From positions 1 to 64,000 of the forward strand of contig JAADGS010000027.1 in the NCBI GenBank assembly GCA_013152275.1: a stretch of 64,000 nt of DNA, read 5' to 3'. This document shows, one piece after another, positions 31,393-40,614 of the stretch. Position 1 is the first letter of the stretch. Each line of letters begins with the position of its first letter. Both the position numbers and the translations under genes were made by a program. This DNA is from Actinomycetota bacterium. GTDB taxonomy: Bacteria; Actinomycetota; Acidimicrobiia; Spongiisociales; UBA4744. The notes below the pieces were generated by a model. That model worked only from the letters and a program-made list of their open reading frames with translations, was not told where the DNA came from and ran no database searches.

Positions 31393-31806
31393 TCAGACCG
31401 AGAATCCTTGGCGGACTCCAGCGATGATTGCCCCACCCATCACGATGATCGCTATGACGGCCAGGATCAGCCCGACGAGGGTGATGATTCCGTAGAGGGT
31501 GAAGAGAGTCTTGAGCTTTGTCTGTGATACGAGGAAGCGGTCGACGTTCCCCGTCGAGTGTGCATCTTCTGCGGCGCCGGCGGACTGCCAAAGAAGGACG
31601 CCAATCCATATGGGAAGCCACGCCACGATGATGCCCACGATGGTGAGGGCGTAGAGCGCTCCGCCGCCGATCGACAGCACGGCGAGGAGTTTCATCCAGC
31701 CTTTTGCCTCGAAGAGCGGTCTGGCCGCATCCTGAACACGTAGTGTCGACGGGGGTGGCGCTGCCGGCGGTTGGGCCGGTGGTCCGAATCCTTCCGGGTA
31801 GGTCAT
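31393..31806 (-). CDS. DUF5362-like membrane protein
   Basis: Pro-rich N-terminus, KGWMKLLAVL…VGIIVAWLPIWIGVLLWQSA…KLKTLF; GGGAG RBS. Confidence 0.75.
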   Translation of the reverse strand: MTYPEGFGPPAQPPAAPPPSTLRVQDAARPLFEAKGWMKLLAVLSIGGGALYALTIVGIIVAWLPIWIGVLLWQSAGAAEDAHSTGNVDRFLVSQTKLKTLFTLYGIITLVGLILAVIAIIVMGGAIIAGVRQGFSV

Positions 31807-31850
31807 GAGTTCTCCCTCTCGTTCTCCGTCACCGTAGCGGATAGATCCCC

Positions 31851-31895
31851 TCTCGTCTCTGCCGGCCACGGATAGTGCTGCCGGCAGAGACGAGA
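31851..31895. terminator. 16-bp inverted repeat after copA (terminator or REP-like)
   Basis: TCTCGTCTCTGCCGGC…GCCGGCAGAGACGAGA. Confidence 0.65.
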
Positions 31896-31899
31896 ACAT

Positions 31900-34080
31900 T
31901 CAGGGCCGGAACCGGCGAAGCCTCAGTGAGTTGGTCACCACCGAGACACTCGATGAGGCCATCGCCGCTGCAGCGAGAACCGGGCTGATGATGCCGGCCG
32001 CCGCCAGGGGAATCATGGCAGTGTTGTAGATGAACGCCCAGAAGAGGTTCTGCTTGATCGTGCGGAACGTTGTCCGAGCCAGGCTCATCGCGGTGCCGGC
32101 GAGTGCGGGGTCGCCGGACATCAAGATTACGTCACCGGCCTCGATAGCTATGTCGGTCCCTGTTCCGATGGCCATTCCCAGATCTGCCTGGGTGAGTGCC
32201 GGGGCATCGTTGATGCCGTCACCGATGAACGCGACCGTCATGCCTTGGGATTGGTAATGCTCGACGCGGGCGGCCTTGTCGCCGGGCATGACCTCGGCTA
32301 CGACGTCGTCGATGCCGAGCGAACGGCCGATCGCATCGGCGGTCGTCCGGTTGTCGCCGGTGATCATTGCCACGCGGGTGCCCATCTGCTTGAGGTTCCG
32401 GATCGTGTCTCTTGCGGTCGGCCTGACGGTGTCGGCGACTGCGATCGCTCCACGGGTCAGACCGTCCCAGGCCACGAAGAAGACGGTTCTTGCATCCTTC
32501 TCGAGGTCGGCGGCCTTCGTGAGTAGAGACGTATCGATGTCGAGACCGAGGTCTGCGAACAGGGCTCGTCTGCCCACGACGACATCGTGGCCGTCAACGG
32601 TCCCCTGGACCCCCCGGCCGGGGTGATTCACAAACTGCGCCGGTCGTTCCAGCGTCACCTCGCGTTCTTCGGCACCAAGCGCGACCGCTCGGGCGATGGG
32701 ATGCTCGGACGCGGCCTCGATGGAACCGGCGAGCCGCAGGAACGTGTTCTCATCCTCGGTGGTGATGACGTCTGTCAACTCCATGAGCCCGTGCGTGAGG
32801 GTTCCGGTCTTGTCGAACATCACCAGGTCTACGTTCTTGGATCGCTCGAAGACCTCCGCTCCCTTGAAGACCACGCCGAGCTCGGCGCCCTTTCCGGAGC
32901 CCACCATGATGGCGGTGGGGGTGGCGAGGCCCAGTGCGCACGGGCAGGCGACGACGAGAACGGCGACACCGGTGATCACCGCTTTCGAGATGCCGCCGCC
33001 GGCGATGATCCACCCGACGGCGGTGAGCAGGGCGATACCCATGACGATGGGAACGAACAAGCCGGCGATCTTGTCTGCGAGCTTCTGGACGGGGGCCTTG
33101 GACGCTTGGGCGTCCTCCACGAGCGCCACGATCTGCGACAGGGCCGTATCGGCACCAACGCGAGTTGCCCGCACGATCAGGTTTCCCTGCTGGTTGATCG
33201 TTGCACCGAACACGTTCGCTCCGGGAGCCTTGTCCACGGGAACCGATTCGCCGGTGAGCATGCTCTCATCGATGGAAGACCGGCCATCGGTGATCACACC
33301 GTCGGTCGGAATCTTCTCCCCAGGCTTGACGATCATCAGGTCTCCGGCGGTGATGTCTTCGATCGGAATCAGTGTCTCTGTGCCGTTTCGCACGACCCTG
33401 GCCTGTTTCGCTCCGAGTTCCAGCAGTTTGCCGATGGCAGAGGAAGCGCGTCCCTTGGATCGAGCCTCGAAGAAACGACCGAGCAGAATCAGGGAGATGA
33501 TGATGCCGGCGGTGTCGAAGAAGAGCGGTTGACCGGCGAAGAATGCCCAGACCGAGTATCCCCATGCAGCGAGCGTCCCAACCGAGACGAGCGTGTCCAT
33601 GTTCGCGTCGAAACCGCGCAGCCGCTTGGCTGCGACACGGTGGAACTGCCAGCCGAAGACGAACTCCACGATCGTGGCGAGTCCCCACTGCAGGAGGCCG
33701 TTCGTTCTCGACTGCGGGACGAGCCATGCGAGGAGGATGAGAGGAATCGTGAAGAGCACCGCCCCGATGAAGTTGCGCCGCTGGTAGCGTTCCTCGTCGC
33801 TGTAGCGCTCCACGATGTCCACGCGTTCCATGTCGGGGGTCTTCTCCGAGATCTCATATCCGATCTTCTCGACTGCCCGGATGAGCCCGGAAACGTCGAC
33901 GTCGGGCGTAGTGGTGACCCTTGCTTCTTGACCTGCGTAGTTCACGACTGCCGTCGCGACACCTTCTTGTCTGGACAAGATGCGTTCGATACGGAGGGCG
34001 CACGAAGCACAGGTCATACCCTCGACATCGAAAGTGATCTGATCTGGAGGGAAGGTTCGAGTATCGGTGTCAGTGGCCAT
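31900..34080 (-). CDS. copA: Cu(I)-translocating P1B-type ATPase
   Basis: GMTCASC N-terminal domain, TGES, CPCALG, DKTGT, EHP, GDGIND, YN, MASSS. Confidence 0.95.
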   Translation of the reverse strand: MATDTDTRTFPPDQITFDVEGMTCASCALRIERILSRQEGVATAVVNYAGQEARVTTTPDVDVSGLIRAVEKIGYEISEKTPDMERVDIVERYSDEERYQRRNFIGAVLFTIPLILLAWLVPQSRTNGLLQWGLATIVEFVFGWQFHRVAAKRLRGFDANMDTLVSVGTLAAWGYSVWAFFAGQPLFFDTAGIIISLILLGRFFEARSKGRASSAIGKLLELGAKQARVVRNGTETLIPIEDITAGDLMIVKPGEKIPTDGVITDGRSSIDESMLTGESVPVDKAPGANVFGATINQQGNLIVRATRVGADTALSQIVALVEDAQASKAPVQKLADKIAGLFVPIVMGIALLTAVGWIIAGGGISKAVITGVAVLVVACPCALGLATPTAIMVGSGKGAELGVVFKGAEVFERSKNVDLVMFDKTGTLTHGLMELTDVITTEDENTFLRLAGSIEAASEHPIARAVALGAEEREVTLERPAQFVNHPGRGVQGTVDGHDVVVGRRALFADLGLDIDTSLLTKAADLEKDARTVFFVAWDGLTRGAIAVADTVRPTARDTIRNLKQMGTRVAMITGDNRTTADAIGRSLGIDDVVAEVMPGDKAARVEHYQSQGMTVAFIGDGINDAPALTQADLGMAIGTGTDIAIEAGDVILMSGDPALAGTAMSLARTTFRTIKQNLFWAFIYNTAMIPLAAAGIISPVLAAAAMASSSVSVVTNSLRLRRFRP

Positions 34081-34282
34081 CGACGCTGTAGCCCTGATCC
34101 TCGATGGCCCCCACGATGGTGCCGAGAGTCAGCGTTGCATCGTCCCATGTGATATCGACGGTGCGCGGTTCGATGTGCACTTCTACCTTTTCGACGCCTG
34201 GGAGCCCGCCGATGGCGCCTTCGATCGACGTTTTGCAGTGGCCGCAGGAGATGTCGGGAACGTTCAAGGTCATGGTGGTCAT
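34070..34282 (-). CDS. copZ: Copper chaperone (HMA domain)
   Basis: VPDISCGHC…AIEDQGY; between csoR and copA. Confidence 0.9.
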   Translation of the reverse strand: MTTMTLNVPDISCGHCKTSIEGAIGGLPGVEKVEVHIEPRTVDITWDDATLTLGTIVGAIEDQGYSVDGH

Positions 34283-34584
34283 TGGATCTCCTGGTCGAGT
34301 TGGGGTGCCGGTCCGGTGACCGCTTCGGTGTATTTCATCGTCTCCATCAGCTCGTCGACGATTTCGTCGGCACGGTTCTCCCGTACGGCATCCGCGAAAC
34401 AGGTCTCGAGATGATTCTGGAGCACGATCCTGTTCACTCGTTCGAGCGATGCCTGGAGTGCTGAAACCTGTTTCATCACGTCTGGGCAGTATCGATCTCC
34501 TTCGACCATCGCGATGACTCCATCGAGGTGCCCTCTGATCGTCTTGAGCCGGTTGAGCGCTTTGTGCTTGTGATCCGCCTTCAT
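34279..34584 (-). CDS. csoR: Copper-sensing repressor, CsoR family
   Basis: LNRLKTIRGHL…YCPDVMKQ…HLETC (C-H-C ligands). Confidence 0.9.
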   Translation of the reverse strand: MKADHKHKALNRLKTIRGHLDGVIAMVEGDRYCPDVMKQVSALQASLERVNRIVLQNHLETCFADAVRENRADEIVDELMETMKYTEAVTGPAPQLDQEIQ

Positions 34585-34641
34585 GGCACAACACCCTACC
34601 AGGGCCCACCCGGGGTGGGGTGGGGACAATCTGGCAAGGGT

Positions 34642-34719
34642 GAGGCCCCGGAGGAGGGGACGTCCGGGGCCTCGGATCGGCGCCTGCGTGGAGGGGGTGG
34701 CGCCGCGATGGGAGGGGAT
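34642..34719 (-). ncRNA. Structured 3' trailer with three CCCCUCC motifs (candidate 3'-UTR-derived sRNA or terminator)
   Basis: Minus strand: ATCCCCTCCC…GGCGCC[ACCCCCTCCACGCA]GGCGCC…GAGGCCCCGGA[CGTCCCCTCC]TCCGGGGCCTC. Confidence 0.4.
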
Positions 34720-34914
34720 TCAGGTGCTTTCGGGGACGACACGTCCTCGGACTCTCGGGAACCTGACGGGGGCGTGGGCAAAGCAGTACTCGCGCCGGTT
34801 GTACATGGAGAGGCGAGTGTGGCAGCCCTTGTGGGCGCATACCCGATTCTCTCCGTACTTGCGGGAAGGACGGATTCCGCCCTTCAGTCTTGCGCCTTTC
34901 AATGTATCTGTCAT
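34720..34914 (-). CDS. Small basic protein with C-x4-C-x12-C-x2-H putative Zn site
   Basis: MTDTLKGARLKGGIRPSRKYGENRVCAHKGCHTRLSMYNRREYCFAHAPVRFPRVRG; GGAGG RBS. Confidence 0.75.
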   Translation of the reverse strand: MTDTLKGARLKGGIRPSRKYGENRVCAHKGCHTRLSMYNRREYCFAHAPVRFPRVRGRVVPEST

Positions 34915-35159
34915 GCCGGCCTCCATCCTCGAACTTCTGTCAACGTTCGTGATCCGGGTTTTGTTCCCGGTACATTACCCGGATCCCCGAGGGTTTCACC
35001 TATTAAGACGTTGGCAATGGTGGTTTTGTTCCCTGATCTTTCGCGTTCTCGAGAATCATGCCTCGACCTCTGTTAATCAGTGTGCCCTATGAAGATGAAC
35101 ACGGCGTGAAGGCTTCCTAAGCATTTGGTGAGAACGCTCAGAGTGATGTGTGGGTGCCG

Positions 35160-35235
35160 GGTTTCGGTCATCGTCGGCTGATGCTGCGCCGTCTTGTCGG
35201 GAACGTTCCGACGACCGACGACCGACGACCGACGA
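35160..35235 (+). repeat. Heptamer-armed intergenic element, copy B
   Basis: GGTTTCG GTCATCG - core ending TCTTGTCGGGAACGTTCC - (GACGACC)x3+. Confidence 0.85.
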
Positions 35236-35253
35236 GGCACTACCGTCTTGTTC

Positions 35254-36021
35254 ATGGATACCGATCTGCGCAATAAGGGAGTTCTCGTCACTGGTGGTGC
35301 GGGAGGAATCGGACAGGCCGTGGTCCGGGCATTCGCCTCCGAGGGAGCGAAGGTGGCGATCCATTATCTGACTTCGGAAGCTCCGGCACTGGCGCTTGCC
35401 GCAGAGGTGGGCGGAGTTGCGCTCGGAGCAGATCTGCGGCTCGAGGAGGAAGCGGACGAACTCGTGCCGCGTGCTGCGCAGGCATTGGGCCGTGTCGATG
35501 TCTGTGTTGCCAATGCCGGTGTGTGGCCATCCGAGGATCTCCGCCTCTGGGATCTGCCGTTGGCCAGATGGGAAGAGACCATGAGCGCAAACCTCACGGC
35601 AACCTTCCTCACGTTGCGGGCGTTCCTCCGTCACGCCGAGAAGACGCACACGGGGAGCATCGTGATGGTCGGCTCGACGGCCGGCATATTCGGAGAGGCC
35701 GGCCACGTGGACTATGCGGCTGCAAAGGGCGCCATCATGACGGGGCTTCTGCTCAGCGCCAAGAATGAGGCGGCTCGGATCGGTGTCAGGGTGAACGCCG
35801 TCGCTCCCGGATGGACGGTCACGCCGATGACCACGGAAGCTCGAAAGGACCCGGCGCTCGAACGGCGGGTGACGTCGACGATGGCACTCAAGAAACTCGG
35901 GACGCCGGAGGATGTCGCTGCACAGATCGTCATCCTCGCCTCCGATAAGGTTTCCGGCCATGTCACCGGTCAGGTCGTCATGGTTGCGGGAGGCATGGAA
36001 GGCAGGCTTCTTCGGGACTGA
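35254..36021 (+). CDS. SDR family oxidoreductase
   Basis: TGGAGGIG, VANAG, YAAAK, VNAVAPG. Confidence 0.92.
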   Translation: MDTDLRNKGVLVTGGAGGIGQAVVRAFASEGAKVAIHYLTSEAPALALAAEVGGVALGADLRLEEEADELVPRAAQALGRVDVCVANAGVWPSEDLRLWDLPLARWEETMSANLTATFLTLRAFLRHAEKTHTGSIVMVGSTAGIFGEAGHVDYAAAKGAIMTGLLLSAKNEAARIGVRVNAVAPGWTVTPMTTEARKDPALERRVTSTMALKKLGTPEDVAAQIVILASDKVSGHVTGQVVMVAGGMEGRLLRD

Positions 36022-36030
36022 ATGACGTCG

Positions 36031-37566
36031 TCAGACCTTACGTCCTTCTACCCAGGTGGAGAGCACCCTTGCCTGGCGAAGTTCTGTGGGCGAGGCTGTC
36101 ACGGGGTCACGATCGACGATGATGAAATCCGCCGGACTGCCCGGGGAGAGGGGCTCCGGTTCACCGAGAAGGCGGGCCGCGTCGTCGGTGAAGAGAGCGA
36201 GCGCCTGGTTGGCGGTGAGCGACTCTTCCGGCCAGAAACCGGCCCGATCTCGAGCTGCCGCCATACCGGCGAAGGGGCTCGGTGATTCCACTGGCGCGTC
36301 CGAACCACCTGCCAGATGGATTCCATCCCGTGCCATCGTCGCAAATCGGTACGTGCACGCCGCCCGGCGTGTGCCGAGGCGTTGTTCCAGCCAGGGTCCA
36401 TCGGATGGTACGAACGCCGGCTGGATACACGCGCCAACGCCGGTTTCTGCCATGCGCCGCAGGTCGTTCCCTTGCAACATCGAAGCATGCTCCATGCGAA
36501 GTCGAGATGGATCGGCACCTTGGTCGATGAGCGATTCGAACACGTCGAGGACGTGGGATGTGGCACGATCGCCGATCGCGTGGATGGCAACGGATCCGTC
36601 GAGAGCAAGCGCTGCGTGAGCTCGCTCCAGTGTCTCGGAACGGTTCAGCATGAGGAGAGTGCCGGAGTCTTTCGGCCGGTCTGCATACGGGGCCTGTAGC
36701 GCCGCCGTGTGCCCTCCGAGGCTTCCGTCTGCAAACTCTTTGGCGCCTCCGAAACGCAGGCGGGATGAGGTCCTGTCGATCTGACGTGCTGCCGTCTCGA
36801 GATCCTTCGATGTGGGGGCAATCACAAAGGCGCAAACACGCAGGGGGAGGTCTGAAGCGATGTCGGCGAGTATCTCGAGTTCGTTTCCCGACGTCCAGAC
36901 GCCGCCGGAGACGTCGACGATCCCGCCGAGCGATGTGAGCCCGAGACGAGCAAGATGGCGCATCGTTTCGAGAAGGGCACTCGTGTCGACGGGAGGCATC
37001 TTCAGAACCGACGCCACGAGCCCGATCGCCGCCTCCCGCAAGACCCCGTTTGGATTCCCGTCTGTGTCACGATCGAAAGAGCCTCCGACAGGATTTGAGG
37101 CGTCCGGTCCTATCCCTGCCGCCTCGAGCGCTGCGGTATTCACCACCGCGATGTGGCCGCAGACTCGAGCGAGAAACACCGGACGCTCTGCGATCACGGT
37201 GTCCAGGTCGTGCCTGGTCGGTAGGCGCCGATCGGAGAAGCGTTCCTCGTCGAGGCGGTTTCCGATCAGTGCCCAACCGCCGTCAAGGTGGGCGTCGGCG
37301 TCTGCGAGTACCGACAACAACGTCGAGATATCCGGGACTCCGTCGAGGAGGAGGCCTCCTTTGGCGGATGCGTAGCCGACAGGATGGATGTGGGCGTCAT
37401 GGAGGCCTGGGAGGAGCGCTCCGCCGGAGAAGTGCTCCTCCGGGATGTCTCTCGATCGCAATCGGTCGGCTTGGCCGAGTTCGACGACCTTTCCTTCGTG
37501 GACGAGAACGGCATCCCCGGAGACCCCGCGCGCCGTTCGAACCAGATCGGCCACGAAGAGACGCAT
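36031..37566 (-). CDS. Amidohydrolase family 3 (YtcJ-like)
   Basis: PGLHDAHIH, CGHIAVVNT, FADGSLG, IHAIGD, RMEHAS, GGSDAPV. Confidence 0.88.
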   Translation of the reverse strand: MRLFVADLVRTARGVSGDAVLVHEGKVVELGQADRLRSRDIPEEHFSGGALLPGLHDAHIHPVGYASAKGGLLLDGVPDISTLLSVLADADAHLDGGWALIGNRLDEERFSDRRLPTRHDLDTVIAERPVFLARVCGHIAVVNTAALEAAGIGPDASNPVGGSFDRDTDGNPNGVLREAAIGLVASVLKMPPVDTSALLETMRHLARLGLTSLGGIVDVSGGVWTSGNELEILADIASDLPLRVCAFVIAPTSKDLETAARQIDRTSSRLRFGGAKEFADGSLGGHTAALQAPYADRPKDSGTLLMLNRSETLERAHAALALDGSVAIHAIGDRATSHVLDVFESLIDQGADPSRLRMEHASMLQGNDLRRMAETGVGACIQPAFVPSDGPWLEQRLGTRRAACTYRFATMARDGIHLAGGSDAPVESPSPFAGMAAARDRAGFWPEESLTANQALALFTDDAARLLGEPEPLSPGSPADFIIVDRDPVTASPTELRQARVLSTWVEGRKV

Positions 37567-38084
37567 CAGTGTGGGAATTCCCACACGAGTTCGCTCATCG
37601 GCTTCCTGCCGGCATATGCGCGCCGAGATCGTGAGACTCGTTCACGCTCCGCGTCTTCGTAGCCGAAGGCGATCGCGTACCGGCAGACATGGCCGTCGGG
37701 TAGGTGGAGGGTACGGCGGCTGCATTCGCCGTCGTGCAGCGTTACCGGGCACGACGCAATTCCCAGGGCTGCGGCGGCCAGCATCATGTTCTGTGCCACC
37801 CGCCCGATATCGAACTCGTAGCCGTCCGGGAGTCGAATCAGCGCTATGCCAAAGGTTGCGTTGCGGAGGGGTGTCGTGTAGTTGCCGCACGCCGAGATCG
37901 CCTCGCGCGCGGCTTCATCCCGCAGTGGGACGAACGCCCAGCGCTGTGTGTTCTTGGCGCTGCCCGTCCAGCGACCCGCCTCGAGGATGCGATCTATGTC
38001 CTGATCGGGGATGGGGTCTGTGGTGAATTGTCGGACGGCTCTGAGTCCCGTGATCAGTGCATATGGGTTCGTGAGATGAGCCAT
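37566..38084 (-). CDS. Nitroreductase family protein
   Basis: LRAVRQF…ILEAGRWTGSAKNTQRW…DIGRVAQNMMLAA…AFGY. Confidence 0.88.
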   Translation of the reverse strand: MAHLTNPYALITGLRAVRQFTTDPIPDQDIDRILEAGRWTGSAKNTQRWAFVPLRDEAAREAISACGNYTTPLRNATFGIALIRLPDGYEFDIGRVAQNMMLAAAALGIASCPVTLHDGECSRRTLHLPDGHVCRYAIAFGYEDAERERVSRSRRAYAGRKPMSELVWEFPH

Positions 38085-38108
38085 GTGCGCAAACTCCTCA
38101 TTGCTGGC

Positions 38109-38909
38109 TTACGAAACGGAATCTACCCTCGGTCCGGAGAGCGACGCGTCGATGAGCGTGCGCCATTCGGCATGCATGGCTGCATTGGATGCGATGAAGT
38201 GGGCGTCCAACGGGGTGGAGGGGTCCCCGGTTCTGTTCGTCACGACGCCACCCGCCTCTCGCACGAGGAGAAGTCCTGCGGCGACATCCCACGGGGCGAG
38301 GTCCAGTTCCCAGAACGCGTCGTATCGACCTGCAGCGAGCCATGTGAGGTCCAGTGATGCGGTCCCCATGCGCCGAAGCCCTTGGATACGGGCCAGCACG
38401 GCGCCGAGTGTTCGTGCATATTCGTCTGCGCGTTCACGACGATCGTATGGAAAACCCGTTGCGACGATGGCTTTGTCGAGTGTCTTCGTGGGCGACACCG
38501 TGAGACGCCGATCGTTCAGCCACGCTCCGCCTCCCGCCATGGCGTGGAATACCTCTTGCCGAAACACGTCGAGAACGACACCGACCAGGGGCCGCCCACC
38601 TTCATAGAGAGCGACGGAGACGGCGACATGCGGCACGCCGTGCACGAAGTTTACGGTGCCGTCGAGCGGATCGACGATCCACATCCGCTCGGTATTCTCG
38701 AGGTCGCCACCTTCTTCCTCGCCGAGGAACGCGTCGCCGGGCCGTTCCCGGGACACGAGCGTCCGAATACGTTCCTCGGATTCTCGATCTGCGGCCGTGA
38801 CCGGATTGACCTTGCCTTTGTAGTCGACCGACGTCAGGTGTCCGAAGAGACGTCGGATCGCCGACGCCCCTTCGCTCGCCGCCGCTCGCGCAAGTTGGAG
38901 ATCGTTCAT
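38109..38909 (-). CDS. Inositol monophosphatase family protein (SuhB-like)
   Basis: VTAADRESE, LGEE, WIVDPLDGTVNF, RRMGTASLDL, PWDVAAG. Confidence 0.92.
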   Translation of the reverse strand: MNDLQLARAAASEGASAIRRLFGHLTSVDYKGKVNPVTAADRESEERIRTLVSRERPGDAFLGEEEGGDLENTERMWIVDPLDGTVNFVHGVPHVAVSVALYEGGRPLVGVVLDVFRQEVFHAMAGGGAWLNDRRLTVSPTKTLDKAIVATGFPYDRRERADEYARTLGAVLARIQGLRRMGTASLDLTWLAAGRYDAFWELDLAPWDVAAGLLLVREAGGVVTNRTGDPSTPLDAHFIASNAAMHAEWRTLIDASLSGPRVDSVS

Positions 38910-39153
38910 GGTCGTGGACTCTAGGAGCCCGTCGGCCGATGCATGGCATGGGTTTCGAAGACCCTGGGTCACCAGGCACGTGTCGTCGTTTCGTCAGAGG
39001 AGCGACGTCCGCTCCGGGGTCTTGCGGCGACGCAGGTCACGGTACCCGATACGAAGTACCGGGTACCGTGGGCGAAGCGGGCCTGTGTGTCGCCTCCTGC
39101 AGCCGATCCAGGGGTCGTGACCCCTGCCGGGGGCAGGTCGGCCCTGTGGATCG

Positions 39154-40431
39154 TTACCGGCTCTCGTACGCGAAGAGCCCTGCCTCGATCGTGTCGATTG
39201 CTTGATCCAGCTCCTCGATCGTGGTGATGAGCGGGGGGATGAATCTGATCACGTTTCCATCGGGGCCGCACGAGATGATGATCAGTTCATGCTCCAACCC
39301 GAACCGTGCGAGGAACTGCATCGCTTCCGCGTCGGGCTCTCTGGTGTCACGATCCTTGACCAACTCGACACCGATCATCAAACCGAGTCCGCGCACATCA
39401 CCGATCGTGGGATGTTCTATCTGCGCCTTACGGAAACGTTCGAATGCGTGAGCAGAGAGATCTCGAGCATGCGGGAGGAGACCCTCCATGACCTCGAGGC
39501 CGGCCACCGATGCGGCACATGCCACCGGATTCCCACCGAAGGTCGTACCGTGAGCGCCGACGGGCCATGCGTTCATGACTTCCCGAGAAGCTCCGTACGC
39601 CGAGAGCGGCATTCCGTTTGCGATGCCCTTGCCGAGCACGATGATGTCGGGATCGATCCCGAAATGCTCAGAGGCGAACCAGTTCGCCGTGCGGCCGAAA
39701 CCTGTCTGGACTTCGTCGAACACCAGCATGATGCCGTGCTCGTCTGCCATCTCTCGGAGTGCTCGGAGGAAGGGCTCGGGAGCGGGGTAGTAGCCACCTT
39801 CTCCTTGCACGGGCTCGACGAGGAACGCGGCGATGGTCTTCGGGAGGACCTCGTGCTTGAACATTCTCTGCAGTTCGTCCAAGGAGAGTTTCGTCGCCTC
39901 CTCCTCGGTCATTCCCCAGCGATAAGGGTGTGGAAACGGGGCGACCCACACCGAACCGAGGATCGGGTGATAGCCGTCCCGATACTTCGCGTTCGAGGTC
40001 GTATAGGAGACCGATCCCATCGTTCGACCGTGGAACGCGCCCCGAAACACGACTACACCCTGACGTTTCGTCGTGTACTTGGCGAGTTTGACCGCGGCTT
40101 CGACGGCTTCGGCGCCTGAGTTCGCGAAACCGAACATCTCGATGCCATCGGGGGTGATCTCACGAAGTCGTTCCGCTGCGCGGACGATGGAGTCATATCG
40201 AAAAACGCAGCCGGCGTGGGTCAGCTTGTCAAGTTGCTCTTTGGCGGCTGCCACGATGACCGGATGGCTATGCCCGAGATTGGCGACGGCGGTTCCGCAC
40301 GCGAAGTCGGCATAGCGGTTGCCGTCGGTGTCGTATACCCAGAGGCCCTCGGCGTGGTCTGCGTGGATGTCGGTGTCAAAGGCGAGGACGGGGGCGACGG
40401 AAGAGGCGAAACGGTCGAGAAAGTCGTTCAT
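39154..40431 (-). CDS. Class III PLP aminotransferase (4-aminobutyrate aminotransferase-like)
   Basis: NSGAEAVE, AFHGRT, EPVQGEGG, FDEVQTGFGRT, LGKGIANG, HGTTFGGNP. Confidence 0.9.
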   Translation of the reverse strand: MNDFLDRFASSVAPVLAFDTDIHADHAEGLWVYDTDGNRYADFACGTAVANLGHSHPVIVAAAKEQLDKLTHAGCVFRYDSIVRAAERLREITPDGIEMFGFANSGAEAVEAAVKLAKYTTKRQGVVVFRGAFHGRTMGSVSYTTSNAKYRDGYHPILGSVWVAPFPHPYRWGMTEEEATKLSLDELQRMFKHEVLPKTIAAFLVEPVQGEGGYYPAPEPFLRALREMADEHGIMLVFDEVQTGFGRTANWFASEHFGIDPDIIVLGKGIANGMPLSAYGASREVMNAWPVGAHGTTFGGNPVACAASVAGLEVMEGLLPHARDLSAHAFERFRKAQIEHPTIGDVRGLGLMIGVELVKDRDTREPDAEAMQFLARFGLEHELIIISCGPDGNVIRFIPPLITTIEELDQAIDTIEAGLFAYESR

Positions 40432-40614
40432 TGAGGTTCCTTTCAGCAGTGGCAGCGGATCTGGAGAGGATCGCTACAAAGGAACGGCAAACAGCGCGGC
40501 CCTTGCGAGACGCGGAGTGTACGCACGCAGATCCACGGTTGCCATGGGCTCATTGTGCCACAGGACGCAAACGACCGCAGGGCTATTACGTGTTGGTCGG
40601 GTAGGGGGCCGACG

